Below are positions 36,850 through 50,200 of a DNA stretch of 64,000 bases, piece after piece; positions within the stretch are counted from its first letter, which is position 1, and each line of letters opens with the position of its first letter. The stretch is from contig MU053379.1 of assembly GCA_013239625.1 (NCBI GenBank), positions 4,297,229-4,361,228 of the forward strand, written 5' to 3'. Origin of the DNA: Lama guanicoe (taxonomy: Eukaryota). Under the pieces are notes generated by a model. That model ran no database searches. It was not told where the DNA came from and saw only the letters and a list, made by a program, of their open reading frames with translations. Position numbers and translations under genes: made by a program.

Positions 36850-37520
36850 AACCATGAGGAAAACGGAGCCTGTGCCGACCGGGCTGCGCTCGCGCGCGGC
36901 TGCGTCGCACGTGGGTTCTTGGCGTGTCGTGTTCAGGGTGCCGAGGGCGACGGGGACCAGCTGAACGTGCGCCGCCTTGGGGACGCGTCCTGGATTTAGA
37001 TTTCCCTCAGACACGTAAGATGGGTTTCAGGAGGAAAGGAAGAAATCTCCTTTAAAGGACATCTAGGCCGTAAGGTGGCGCCTGGCGGGGAGCGCAGGCT
37101 GAAACGGCGCTCCTCGGACACAGGAGACGACAGTGAGGCGGCGCGCGACGTGGCAGAGGGAAAACTAAAGCCGCCCACCGACAGGCACAGCAGAAGCCGG
37201 CCTGGCAGGCCGCTGGGGCAGCGGTGTCTCAGCAGCACGGAATCAGGCGGCCGGCTCGGGGGGCGAGCGGGGTGGGGGGGCCGGCCGGCCGCCCGGCGGG
37301 CAGTGGGGTCTCCTGAGCCCCGCCCCCGGCCCCGCCCCTGGCCCCCCGCGCCCGGCGGGCCCCTCAGCCTCCCCGAGCCCCCATAGCTCTAGCGGCACGA
37401 GGCGGGATGGAGCGCGCACGGCCCCAGCTCGCACACCCCGTGAGGGCCCCCAGAGGCCCCCCGCCAGGCCCCCCGCCCCAGCTCTCCCTGTCCAGCCAGG
37501 GCCCCAGGGCCCGCCCGCAG
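36850..37520. promoter_or_regulatory. CpG-island-like region with GC boxes and a CTCF-like site
   Basis: Dense CpG, repeated ccccgcccc, CCGTAAGGTGGCGC at 37068. A second CpG-rich block lies at about 38280-38660. Confidence 0.45.
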
Positions 37521-37944
37521 CTGTGCCAGGAGGGCAGGGCCCGCAGGAGAGTTCAGGGCCCTTCTGGGTTCAGCCGGGAGACAGGCCCTTGGAAGCAGTG
37601 GAGTCCTACTCAACATCCTGAGAAAGTTTACAAAACTCTGGGATCAACTCCCTATCAAAGGCAGCCATCGACTGTTGAGCCCCAGAGAGAGTTCAGAGCG
37701 GGGGGAGGTCAACTGGACGTCTGACCGCGGGCTGAAGGAGGGGTTCGAAGGGCTCCGGCCCTGGCGTTGTCAGGCTTTCCCGGGGGAGACTCACGGCAGA
37801 CGCGCCATCCAGCCAGCAGGGCAAGACGGAGGGAAGGGGCCCGTCGGGGCTAGGGGACCCCTGCCGCTCCTGGACGAAGGATTGCTCCAATTACACGTTT
37901 TGCTTGGTCACTTGGCGTTCCCTTTGCTGCTCATGAACTTTTTG

Positions 37945-38090
37945 TTCCGCTGCGTTACTTCTGGCTTCATGGTCTTGACCAGCTCACGTAACTTCTTGGA
38001 GACTCACTTTTCTCGTCTCTGAAATGGGCACAACGTGAAGCCTGCGCAGGATTTAGAGAAGATTAGCGTTTGATGGTTTGTAGAAAAAGC
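37945..38090 (+). mobile_element. MIR fragment
   Basis: cttgacc..taacttcttggagactcacttttctcgtctctgaaatggg. Confidence 0.7.
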
Positions 38091-39211
38091 TGGTTTGGGA
38101 AGCATAAGGGCCATAGAACGGTTAGTTTCGAGTTTTAACTAAAACTGACTTTCCAGATGCTGTTGTATTAATGCCAACCAGAGACTTTGGGATGTAGTTT
38201 AACCGTAAGCACGGCTTGGATCTGGGGACAAGAGTAACGTGGTAGAAGCGCTGCCTGGGGGCTGAGCCTAGAGCGCAGTGTTGGTCAGAGGCGGCCGGTC
38301 CACAAGGAGAGCCCGCCCGCCTGTGAGCGCTGGCCTCACCGGCGTGGGTGGGCCACGCGCGCCCCCGGGCGTCAGGCTCCGGGCTGCCCGGGGAAGGCCG
38401 CCCCTCCCAGCCCCCCGCCCGCCGCCCCCCGCTGGGCGACCGTCCGGCAGACCTGGCCCAGGCTTCCCGCAGGCCGCCAGGCCGCCTCCCGCACGAGCCG
38501 TTTGAGGAGGGAGACGCATTCCTGAGAGGACGCCATCCCGCTTCTGGCCCAGCTCCCTGGCCGCCCGGCCGATGACTCACGCAGGGAGAGAACCAGCAGC
38601 CCCTCCGGGGCTGGGCCGACGGGCCGTTACGCCGGGAGCCGGTGCTGGTGCAGAGCTTACAGCGCAAAAGTCCAAGACTCGAAAATCAGCCGAAAGAAAA
38701 ACAGTTACGCGTATTGTAATGGCATCTTACCTCTACTTCACAGTCGCGTGTTTACAACACACGAATCCTTCCCAAATTCTCATTATTTGTAAATGAAGAC
38801 TGTTCCAAGTGTTATTCCAGTTCAAGTGCAGCCAGTTTTGGTTCAATCTACTCTGACACCAAACGCCGGGAAGAGCTGAGCGTTTCCGCCAGCTCACCTG
38901 ACTCACTTCAGACAGCTTTTAGGAGCTTCGTGATCGTTAGAACAGCAGGACGCGTGTCTGCAGCTTCCTCTGATCGCTTGCTAAGGCGGCTTTACTTAAA
39001 ATTCACGGACATCCCAGTGGCCCTGAGGGAGGTCGGACCTACACTAGGCGGGCAGGCAGACCCGCCAGGAGGGCGGACTCTGCGGCATCTCACCCACTTC
39101 TCAGAGAGGTCACTGGGGACATTGTTACTGGTCCCAAATCTCCCCTCTCCTTCAAGGTCACTCCCCTGTTTGCTTCTTCATACTCAGCAAGGTGTTGGCT
39201 TAAAGCTGTTA

Positions 39212-40350
39212 CCTCGTTTATGAACTCGACAAATGTCACCCAGCACATCCTGCGCTTTGGGCACCAGGTTAGAATGAAACAAAGACACCATCCTCGTGGT
39301 CGGGGCAGCAGGCAGGGCCACGTGTGGCACTGGGGCAGTTTGGGATGGGGCGAACAGAGGCGGCCGCAGACTCAGCCTTGGGGAGTTGCAGCCTTCCTGG
39401 AGAGAGCAACACGGAGCTCGGGACCTGAGGGCGGGTGGTCGTCAGCAAGGGAGTGAGGACCGGGAAGGGGCGGGATGGGCGCGCGGCTCACCGCGGGAGG
39501 GGGCCCGGTGCAAAGGCTCCAGGAGAGCCGGGCGCGGGCTGGCCCTGCGGCCACCTTGGGGTCTGACCGGGGGCGGTGAGCGTGGCGGCTGGGGGTGGGC
39601 GGGGACAGTCCCTGGGGGCCACAGCCAGTTTGGAGAGACAGGAACCGCAAGCCCCAGAGAGGAATGAAGCCGGCTTGGCCACCAGCAGTCGGGCGAGGCT
39701 TGGGGACGACCGAACCTGGCAGACAGGAGGGTGGAGAAAAGTGGCCGACGGGAGAGACGGCGAATAGAATTGGCAGGGCTTGGGATGGTAGGGGCGGTTC
39801 ACACCTCGGGTGCGGGGGACCCTTTGTGGGAAGGGGGTGTTTCAAGGCCAGAGATGCTGAGCTCGGCCATGGCCATCTGGAGCTGGCTTTGCTTGCGCAG
39901 TGACGCTGCTCAGCGGGTGAGACGGGGCTGTGCTGCCTCGTCCCCCACGGCGTCCGCACCTGCCCCAGCCAGCTGGCATCCCAGCCACAGTTAAATGAAT
40001 GAGCAAGCGACGGGGCCTGGGAGATGGTGGGTCCAGGAGAACACAGTCAGCTGACATTTTTCCACGACTTGGAGGCACAGAGAGATGGGGACCTGCAGGC
40101 CAGCTCGGGGGGCTGCGGGGGTGGACATCACCACGGGGTTACTGTGCGAAGGCAAGGCACCATGGGTGTGAACTCGGGGACCGACGGGGAAGGGGCCGGC
40201 GGAGGAGGGGCCCAGTAAAGAGAGCGAGAGGGGCCGGAGGCGACGGGGGAGAACCAGGACTCAGAGGATGCCCCGGGGCGTCTCTGCGGGACAGTGAGAC
40301 CGGCACTGGGTGTCATGAGACGGAGGCTGTGATGGCCTTTGTGAAACAGG
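39212..40350 (-). mobile_element. L2 antisense fragments
   Basis: Purine-rich degenerate L2 (gacaaatgtcacccagcac..atgaaacaaagac..ggagaaaagtgg..gatgctgagctc). Confidence 0.5.
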
Positions 40351-41539
40351 GCAGAGAGGGCTTGTCCTGACATCTGCCCTTTGATCTGTGACCGCGGGCA
40401 GCAAGTAGCCACCTGGCATAGGAACCGAGCGAACACAGTAGCCAAACCCAGCCTCGGGCAGCCGCCGTCTGGGGAGAGGAAGCCGGAGTGTGTCTCCTGC
40501 CTCATGTCCCGCTCAAGGTGATGCGATTGTCCCGGGCTTCCCAGAGGAGCGCAGCGGCTCCCACGTCCCGGAGACGCGGCAAAGCCAAGCTCAGGGCAGA
40601 GGCCACAGCGGGGAATGTTTTGTTGTTCATTTTTTGGTAGTTGAATCACACTGGCAAGATTGTCTCCAAGTTGCTCAAATACAGATCAGGAAGCTGGCTG
40701 TTTTGCCAGAGGTTCGCATTCTTCCAGGATGACATCGCGTGGCCTGAGTCACCAGTCAGAGGCTCATCGATAAAGCAAACGCTCGGCTCTGCCAGTTGCA
40801 CAAACACAGCTCCCCTCAAAAGCTACTCAGACGCGGGAAACAAGCTCGGTTCTAACCTGGAGACTCTGGTGCACTTGACGGCCTAGTTAGTAGCTGCCTA
40901 GGACGTGTCTCAGAAACAAAGGGGAGGGGAAAACCGTGTTCTGCCCCGGCATTTATCTTTCAGGCTGAGTGGATTCTGAGAAATGCTGAAAGGCCTTAAT
41001 TCTCTAGAAAAGAAGCACGAATGTCAGAGCAAAACCCTGCCAGGGCCGTGGAGCGACACCTCGCGCCTGAACCGGGGCACATGTCAGAGCACACTCCCCT
41101 GGGACGCCCTGCTTCTCTCTGTTTCTGGGCTGCAGAAGAGAATGTTTTCTTAAGAGCAAACGTGTAAAATGAAACAGGGGTGACTACTGGCTGACCCGGG
41201 AAATTTGTCCCCATGAGCGCACGCACTGGGACGTCTAACTCAACCCGAGAGCGACCCCCGCGATCACGCGGCCAGCCAGACGCTGGCTGTGCGGTACAGC
41301 TGTGCCACATCTCCTCTTTCTCCCGAGACACAGGGCGGAGTGAAAGGCGAGAAATAAACAAAGGTTGAAATAGAACCTCTCGTTCCGTGGTGCCAGGCAG
41401 AAAACCGGCAGTGCTGGGGGGCGCAGAGCCTCAGGAGGCAGGAAGGCCCCAGGGGTGGGGTTCACGGAATAAACGCCCCTCTTAAGGCCGCTCGATGTTG
41501 CACCAGTGTGGCTCAGACCCTCTCGCCAGGTGAACGGGG

Positions 41540-42480
41540 CCACAGTCAGCACAGACATTCTTCTCGGAGTTTTCTTTCCCAAATGAGTATTGCTTGGGCT
41601 CCTTCACTTTCGGGGCTTCCCAGGCTCATGATCTCCTGTTGTTCCAGCCCCACGGGCGACTCCTTTCCGCCCCCTCTGCTGCCCTCCCTGTCTCTCCATC
41701 TTCTGAAAGCGCAGTGTCCCCATCCTTGTGCTTCCAGACAGTCTTGCTGGCCGACCTCATTCAGCCCATTGATTTAAATACCATGTGCACGCCGACCAGC
41801 CCCCGGCATGTTCCCAGACCCGAGGTGTGGCTGCTAACCTTGATGTCAAAACGTCCTGTTTACTTCATGTCCGAACAGGTGGCGCCGGCCACTCCGTCTG
41901 TGCCACTGACCCAGCGGGTGTCTTCATGTGTCCCTTGGGTGACCAAGCGGATTCTAGCTTCTGATTCTTACCCCCCCCACAGTTCTAGCCTCCCCTGTAG
42001 CACTCAGAGTGAATGGAAATCCATGTAAAACCTGGCGATGGCTTCCCGTGAACACAAAGGAAACCCCAGGCCCTCTCCCGGGGCTGTGTCCCCTCTGCAC
42101 CCCCACCTCACCTCGCGCCACGCGCCCTCTGCGTCTCCTCGGGCCACGCCGAGCACTGGGCGGCGCCCTGCTTGTTTCAGCCTCAGGGTCTTCTCATCAT
42201 GGTTCCCTCTGCTTGTCGACAAGGCCTCCCACAGCCTTGCTGTTCTAGCTTCTGCGTCATTCAGAGTCAGCTTACAGATGACCTTCCAGAGACACCTTCT
42301 AAAGGGGTGGCCTCCCCCCGCCCATCGGTCCAGTCTCTGTCCAGCACTGACTTCCCCCTTGTTCGGCTTTGCCTTGATTTGTGTCTCTCCCCGGGCCAGC
42401 TTGCGAGGTGCCTCGTCTGCCTGTTCAGGGCGCAGGACAGCCCTCAGCGCAAGGAGGGAGCCTTGTAGATACGTGTGGAG
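41540..42480 (+). mobile_element. L2 fragments
   Basis: ctcattcagcccattgatttaaataccat..ttcatgtcc..tcattcagagtcagcttacagatgacctt. Confidence 0.65.
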
Positions 42481-43019
42481 CCGACGCTGACCCAGAGAAG
42501 AGCTCACACACGTCCCTCGAGGACCCTGGTTCCTGGGGCTTAACTCAGATGCAGTGTTGAAGGTTTGGCCTTGATTCAGCATGACTCAAAGTTCCAAGAA
42601 GTGGAAAGGAATCCAAGTTACAATTGAAGGTGTTTTCTTGAATTCAATCAGTGGGTTTCAGATTTGTTTTTCTGGAAACTTCCCAGCAGAGGTCATTCCA
42701 AATTTCAAACTGATTCCTCCTTTTATTTGCCTTTCCATCTCCCCTTTCACCTCGTTGGATCTGAGATCAGGAGGACACCCGTCAGCTCTGAGACTGGCTT
42801 TCCCTTCCTCTCATCACTCATACAAGTGATGAATACAGATCGTTTTGAGGCAAAATGGTCGCACCTAATGAGCGATTTTCCCCCGAAACACTGTTGTCAT
42901 CAGTTTGACTGAAGTCAGCCTTTGCTCGTGTCTCCAAATCCAAGTTCACGGAACTACAGAGAGAGAGGACAGACCCGCAGTCTCCCGGGCAGGTGGGCTG
43001 AAGGCCGACCACACACGGC

Positions 43020-43163
43020 ATCAGGACTTCGAGGTATGGACACGTTAGCTCTGTCGGGTGGCGTTTATACAGGTGTGTGCGTTTGTCAAAATTCAGCAAA
43101 CTGTCTAACGTGTTCGCAGGTACTGTATGCAACTCACACCTCAGTGGAGACGGTTTTAAAAAT
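43020..43163 (+). mobile_element. Old L1 3' terminus
   Basis: tacaggtgtgtgcgtttgtcaaaattcagcaaactgt..tgtatgcaactcacacctca. Confidence 0.7.
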
Positions 43164-43430
43164 CCATAAGCACTGCTCGAAGGCCCTCGCTCCTCGCGTC
43201 TTCCGTCGGTGGTCCCAGCGTCCCAGAACGAGCACGCTGCAGGGCAGGCGGGGGCTGGGCCATCGCTCTGCCACAGGCGGCTCGTGACCTTAACGCTCCA
43301 CAACACAGCCTAAATCAAAGACAACCTAAGAAGCTGGGTTTTTTTTTTCTCTTTGAGCAGGAAAGAAATATTTCTTAGTCTTAATCCAGAGGTGTAGAAG
43401 TCATCTAATGTTTTCACTGAACCAATGACC

Positions 43431-43790
43431 TGCCTTAGTGGGGCCCCCGAAGCAGACCCTCAGTCAAGGGTTTGGGTGCAAGTTCTGAACGTGGGAGGTG
43501 GTCCCGGCGGCCCCCGCTGCGGTGGGGGTGTGGGAGCGTGAGGGAGGGGGAGACGGGAGCCAGAACAGGCGTGTCAGTAATCAGGGGACCGTGCCGGGCA
43601 CAGGGCTCCGTCCCTAGGGACACCCGTGGGAGAGGCTGTGGACCTGAGGGGGGAGACGCTGTGACAGGTGTGCACAGACCCCACGGGCTGAAGCCTGCTC
43701 CTGGGGCCGTGACTGCACTGAGCGTCCGCCCGCCCAGCCCGCACACCGGGCACGCCCTGGGGACTAGAAGAAGCCACCAGGGACGAAGCC
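43431..43790 (-). mobile_element. LTR16-like ERVL LTR
   Basis: tgccttagt..gaagcagaccctcagtcaagggtttgggtgcaagt..tgggaggtggtccc. Confidence 0.6.
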
Positions 43791-44099
43791 AAGAAGCTCA
43801 CACTGAGCGGCGCTGGGGGGTGCGGGGGGGCAGCGGACGCTGAGTGGACGTCGTGGAGCAGGACAGTCCCCGCCAGCGTCCTGTCTTGTGCCTGAGAAGC
43901 CCACCCAGAGCGCTCCTGTTCGGCCCTTGTTTGCTCGGGGTTCCCCGGACTCTTTTGCTGTCCCTACTGTGACGGTTGATTTGTGGCTCAGTTATTAGCT
44001 CTCAACTAAAGTGCAAGATAAGCCACAGTCAGAGGTGATGCCTTACTGTGCCCACACGTACAAAGCCCTCTTGTGGACTCGAGAACGCCGCTCCCATCC

Positions 44100-44292
44100 A
44101 CCGAGCCCTTGTCGGGAACCAGACACCGAACCAAGCGCTCTCTTGGCGCCCGTGTCAGAATCACCCTCGGCCGAGGCGACGGAGGCTCCTCCCACTTTGC
44201 AGTTGGAGAAGCTCAGGTTTGGAGGGTCCGGCACCTGCCCGGGTTCTGGAATTTGCCCAAACTCCCAACCCCAGTCCCCCTGCTCTTTCCAC
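44100..44292 (-). mobile_element. MIR fragment
   Basis: cccactttgcagttggagaagctcagg..cctgccc..tgctctttccac. Confidence 0.6.
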
Positions 44293-47200
44293 GTTTCCCA
44301 GCAGTGCAGGATTCCTTCCCCAGGGGGCCGTGCCCTCAAGATCAGAGCGTCCGCGATCACACTAAAAGTCTAAGAGGATGCTGGTGGGCAGAGAACGGGA
44401 CAGAGACACAGAGTGCTTGCAGGCTCGAGGCGTGTGGCAGCAGCTGACACAGAACCTGCGAAGTGCTCACCGCTTGCCAACAGAGACAAATCTGTTTCCC
44501 AGGAATATGACAGAAAAGGAATTAGCCCGCCCAAGGGCCCGCGACAGCAAGGGCTGCTCCTGGCGAACACAATCTCAGACCCTTCATTGAAATGCAGGTT
44601 CTCTAGGTCGGGTCCGAGGAGTGGGGCCCCAGCCCTGACCGCACGTGCACAGCCAGCTCCGTGTCCCGGCCAGCGGTCCCTCGCAGAAGTCCCGCCCTCT
44701 GGCCTCCGTACTGTATCTGACGCTCATCACCAGCTCACGCGTCTCCCGCCTCCTGCTCTGTGGCCCCCAGCACCAGCCTGCCCTTGGCCCCCGCCTCTCT
44801 CCACCGCGGACGTCTCGAGGTCGGGTGGCTGATCGTGTACCAATGTGTCTGGGGGACGAGCCTGTCTTTCCTGCTACAACACCTCGCAGGGAGCCCCCTT
44901 TTCACCCCGGAACGCAGGATGTACTGGCCTCCTTCCCCGACCCACATCCCTGACCCTTCCTGTGTCTGCTGGGATCACCCGAGCAAACCGCTGACACTCC
45001 GCGTGGAAGCCAGCCTGAGCCGCTGCCTCAGCACGACACGAGCTGGCGCAGCCGGTCCCGACTCCACACGCAGAGCTGCGGGCTCCCGAGGGCAGAGCTC
45101 AGGCGTGATGGGTTTGTGCCGTCGCCCTCAGCCTGGAACACCAGGCGGGAGAGCCCCAGGCTCTTGGGCGTGAACGTGTTACCGTTTTCACAGCACTCTG
45201 GGTTAAAACGTAAGCTCTCCAGGGCGCACACGCCAGCGCAGGAAGCCTGGCAGGGATCTGGCAGAAAAGTGGTTCTCCGTCACGGTCCACCTGCACCTAA
45301 AGTGCATCCCAGGGCCCAGTGTGGACAGGCCTCCGTGAAGGGGAGCTGGCCCAGAGCTGTTAAGGGCCCAGGGGGTGACTTCAGGGTGCTGGCCACTCTA
45401 TGCTGCGTGTTTTTACATGAGCTGCTGGGGCTCAAAGCCAAATTTGGGCTCACTCCTAGCAGAGTGTTGACTGCACCCCTCGAGTTTTCCCCAGCAGCCT
45501 CATTCCCGCTGCCGCCTCCTTCCCGGCCTCTCCCGCATCCTCTCCACCCCTGCGTGTTCTCACTGACTTGTTTCCCGGGCACAAGGAGGTAGGAGGACCC
45601 CGTGGTCCTGACTGTCAAGAAGACACTCGGTCTCACGAGGAGGGTGCCTCGGATTCCAGAGCCGCGGTGCTGGGACTCAGGTCTGGGTCGCTGTCCCACA
45701 GCCCGGGACTGGCTTCCGCCTCAACCGAGGGCCCATGTTCTGCCTACTTGGGAATTCAGTCTCCTCCAAACAGGGACTCGAGCCTGAGAAGACACACAAA
45801 GAATAGTATTCTCTCCCATGCCACCGGCGGAGTCAGCGCTGCCCCAGCCCGGGTGGCCCGCGCCCTCGCGGCCAGTGCTCGCCGGCGGCCTAACGACTTG
45901 CAGCTGTGGCCGCCACCGCCTAGCCTCCGGGAGACCGCAGACCGGCGGAACCGCGCCCCGAGCTCCGCGGCGCTGACTGCCAGGTTTCCAAAGCAGGGAG
46001 GCTCAAAGCAGCTGCCTTGCACGCGAAGAGAGGCACTTAGGGACACTCCAGACAGCGACGGTGGCCTGTCACTCGTGACGGGGGTTAGTCCTCTGACTAA
46101 CAGGGACGCGCTCCCCCGCCTCTGCCGCTTCGCCCCCTCGACACCTATCTCTGAGAGCTTCGCCTGCACGCTCCATGAGCATGTTCCAGCCGTCTCTCGT
46201 CCATCCCGGGAGGCTGCCTTTCTGCTCACCGTGTTTATGACCTGCTTCCTAGCGCTCCTGACGTTTCATCAGCTTTGAGAACCTCTGAACAGTCATCATC
46301 ATTTTTAAATGTCCATTCTTCCTCGCTGGTGCGATGCAGCACATAATCCAAGGCTTTATTGGTTTTCCTATTGATACGTTAAACCTGGAAGTGAGACTGA
46401 CTCTCTGGTCCTGAGTTTCAGCCACTGTGGAGCTGGAAGCAGGCGGAGGCAGCCTGCACACACAGGCGCGAGCCTGGACTTGTTCTCGGGGAGACGGCCG
46501 CCCTTGGCTTCTGCGGGTTCAAGGACGGAACCCACTCAGCACCTCAGTAAGTCAAGCCGTCTCCCGTGGGCAGAGAAATGCCACGTGCAGAGCAGAGCGA
46601 AGCCGGGGGCCAGCTGGGAGGTCGGCGTGGGAGCCAGGGCAGTGGCTGGAAGGCAACGGCCACGGGAAGAGGCCGCCTGCAGGTAGGATTTGCTCCGGAG
46701 GCCACAGGACCCAGACTCCAGGGGACCTGATCTCATTTCATAGCATCAGACACGGGGGGCGGGGGCGAAGCACTATGGTGGGCAGAAGGGGCCGAGAGAA
46801 GGAGAGGGTGGGAAAGGAGGGGGCTGAGGATGAGGGATTCAGGCGAAGCTTTCCTGGGGCTCGTGCTGCAGCTGAGGGGGTGAGAACAAGTGGCAGGCGC
46901 CCCTGCTCGCTCCCCGGGGTGGGGCAGTGGTCCTTAAGTGGGGGAGGGTGGGGACAGGCCCAGGGCTCAGGCGGGAGGGGTGGTGGCTCAGGTGGTCGGC
47001 CCACCCCCTTGGTGCTGCCGTGCGCAGGGATTGTGCCCAGCACCACACAAGTGGCAGTTGGGTTCTTGGTCTTCCTGCATCTTGTTCACAGTGGGCCCCA
47101 GCTGCACATGCACGCAGTTATTTCTAGTCCCTTGTAGTTCCTTTGTGTTCTGTCGCTCCAGGGGTGTCTGTCCAGGTGTGGGCCCTGCAGCCAGGGGTCC

Positions 47201-50200
47201 CGGGTCCCAGCCTGTCTCACCAGTGACTCTTTCCGTCAGCCTCCCTCCTCCAAGGCCCAGTCCTGCTCTCCCAAGCGTGCTGCCCTGGGCAAGGGAGGGT
47301 CCTGACAGCTGGACTTCCAGCTGAAGTCTTGACCCCACTTTTCCTAGGAAATGGCCATTAGAAGCTATTGCCTGGGCCTGAGTAACCACGCAGCCCAATC
47401 CAATCCCGAGCTCAGCTGTAAATACGGGACTACAGCTCTGGAAAGCCCTGTGTCCTCCTCCCACCCCAGGTGGGAGATACAGTCAGCCCGCCGATCACCC
47501 TGCACAGTGTCGTCCCCTAAGGCCCCGGGCCGCCTGAGAAGCTTCCTTTCCCCGCGGAAGGCCTACCTGGGCGCCCGCCCCGCGGACGCACAGGCGGTGG
47601 GTGTGGGCTGCACGTTTTGCTGAACCGCAAACGCAGTGTTTCTGACTCTGACACACTCTGCACGGAGCCTTCTGTGTGGCTGGAACGTGCCGCGGGCACG
47701 CTCGGGGCCGTCCCCTGGGGAATGCTGAGCTCCTTGGCTCAGAGACACCCATGGTTTCTCAGCCTCTAAAAGAGTTTATGAGCAGAGCATGGACTCTCCC
47801 TCCCCTTCCCTCCCCTCCCCTGCCGCTACTCCCGGCCATCAGAGGAGGAGCCCTTCAGCCCACTCGGGGCCCCTTCCCTTCCCCACCCCCACCTTGACTC
47901 TCAGTCCTTGGCACCTAGCCCAGCCAATTTCCTCGGTCACCCCAGGCAGCCAAGCGACAGGAAAACTGGGATCAGACGGAGCGCCGCACGTCACCTGGTG
48001 CTGCTCCGGCCACACAGGCCTGCAGCTCCCGTCTGAGCCCAAACCGGCCCTTTACTCTCCAGCTGCGTCTGTGAAGCAGAGTCCAGGGGGCCTCAGGTGC
48101 TGCAGCTGTGTGGCGTGCCGGGATCCTGCCGGCTGCGGGCAGCGGGGCCGAGCCAGGAGAGCCCACAGAGCAAGGAGAACAGTCTGGCCTCGGGGCCACT
48201 CCAACTGGGCGGAGCTGGGGTGACCAGTATGGTGGGCAAGAGAACCCCGGGGGCCTTTGGTCAGGAAGGGGCCTTGGGGCAGGCTGTGCCATCGGCATGG
48301 GGACAGGACCCAGGCGCACTCAGCGCAGGGCTGGGTGAAGACAGGGGAGGCCAAGCTCTACTCTCCAGGACATGGAGTTCAAAAGCTCGTGAGGATTAAC
48401 AAGCAGGCAGAGTTCGAGCTTAAAGGCCAGAGGCCCAGCAGAAAATGGAGGCGGCCCGGAGAAGCCCAGGAGGCTGGCTGGGAAAAGCCCACGGGGGATG
48501 GGAGGGAGGTGTGGCTCAGGGGACAGCGCAGGGCCCAGGACGGCATGGACTGTGGAAGCTGGGGCCCCTGCGGGCCAAGGGCAGCACGCTGGAGTGGCAG
48601 AGTGGGGAGGGCCCCTGAGAGGAGGGCCGGTCCCAGCCACCCTGCCTGGGTTCCTGCGTCTACGGAGCCCAGAGACCTGGGGCCCGTGGACGGGCCGGTC
48701 CATCCTGCCCAGGTCCCTCCCGGCTCCCCACTGTCCTCTCTTCTGTACCCCCAGGGTCTTCCTATAGCCTTCACTGCCCTTGGCACCTCTTCACCTGTCC
48801 GTCCACTCCCCTCCAGCGCCAGGCTCTGGGAGGTCGCTATTTTGGTCCCTGTTCCAGCTTCAGAGCCTGAGACACCGCCTGACTTGTGGGGAGGGGATCT
48901 CTTGGAAAACACTGGGACAGAGAAAAAAGAATGAGTGGAAAAGATAGAAAACCCAAGACAAACTGAAAAAAGAAAACCCAAACGAGATTGCATCTGTGTC
49001 TCCTGAGTTGGCGGCATTTGGTAAACAAGTTCTTGGCGCCCCCTCCCCACCACCTGCTACAGATGCACAAAAAGGAGCTCTACCCACAGCGATCAGTGTG
49101 GTCGTTAACTCTCAGGCGCACTGCACACCTACTGAGCGCCGGACACTGTTTCCTTGATCCACAGCCTGCGGCGTAACTCAGAGGGGTCCTGCTTAGCAGA
49201 TGGACCGACTTCCAGCACACCTGACGTGGCGGCTGAGGACAACCTGTGCCCCCCTTCACCCAGGAACCGGGTGCTTCTTGCTTCCGTGCGGTGCCAGTCA
49301 CAGGAGAATGTGCTTTGGTCCCGCCCTTAAGGCAGATCATTCCCTGTGCTTCACTCTGGCTGTTAGATCAACCATCTCGTCTCATTTCAAATTGTACACT
49401 TGTGAAACTTTCCAGGAGTTTAGCCAAATACTCAAAAAAGAAAAACAAAAAAACAACTGCTGGTTTGATCACTGAAAGCCAGAAACTGAGGCGCCCTTGA
49501 AATCGTATTTCAGAAGACGAGATGGTGAGATTTTTCTGAGAGGCTATCATTTGACAATAAATGAATATTTCATTGGATCTGCTGGAAAGGCTTTCCTTTG
49601 AAAGTTAATTCATGGGTTTGGGCTCTCTCTGGTTGCCTTCCATCTCAGAGTCCAGGACTTATGTCAGATTCAGCTTTTCCACTCCTGGGGAGGAAAAAAA
49701 ATCTCTAAATTTTAAAACTAGGTCACGATTTATTTTTCTTAAAGGAAAAAGCCTGACAGATATCTGCATTTTGCTACAAATGAGAATGAGTAGGAATGAA
49801 CCAAATGCTGACAGCCTGAGGGCGTGTTCCGTCCCTGTTAAAGCAGCCAAGCCCCCTCCCCGCCCCAGAACCCGACGTGTGCGCAACGGCTTATTTCCGG
49901 TCACACAAGTTGACTGGAGACGCTGGGGTGGGCGCCGAGGATCAGTGGGTGAACGCGTCCATGCACGTCTCCTGGGCCCGATGGCCGTTCGTGGTGACGA
50001 GGGGCGGAGGTAGCAAGGCTCCAGCTCTGAAACTTACTCTCAAGTGGCCCAGGAGTAAAAGACGTTAATTCTGTGCCTGCAGCTTCTCTGGATATTTAAG
50101 ACTGCTTTCAAATTTTAAAAAGTGGGTTGAGACCCCCACTACCCACACAATAACCCCCTCCCAGACAAGGCATGTGATTCAGGCCCCTCACGTCCCCTGG

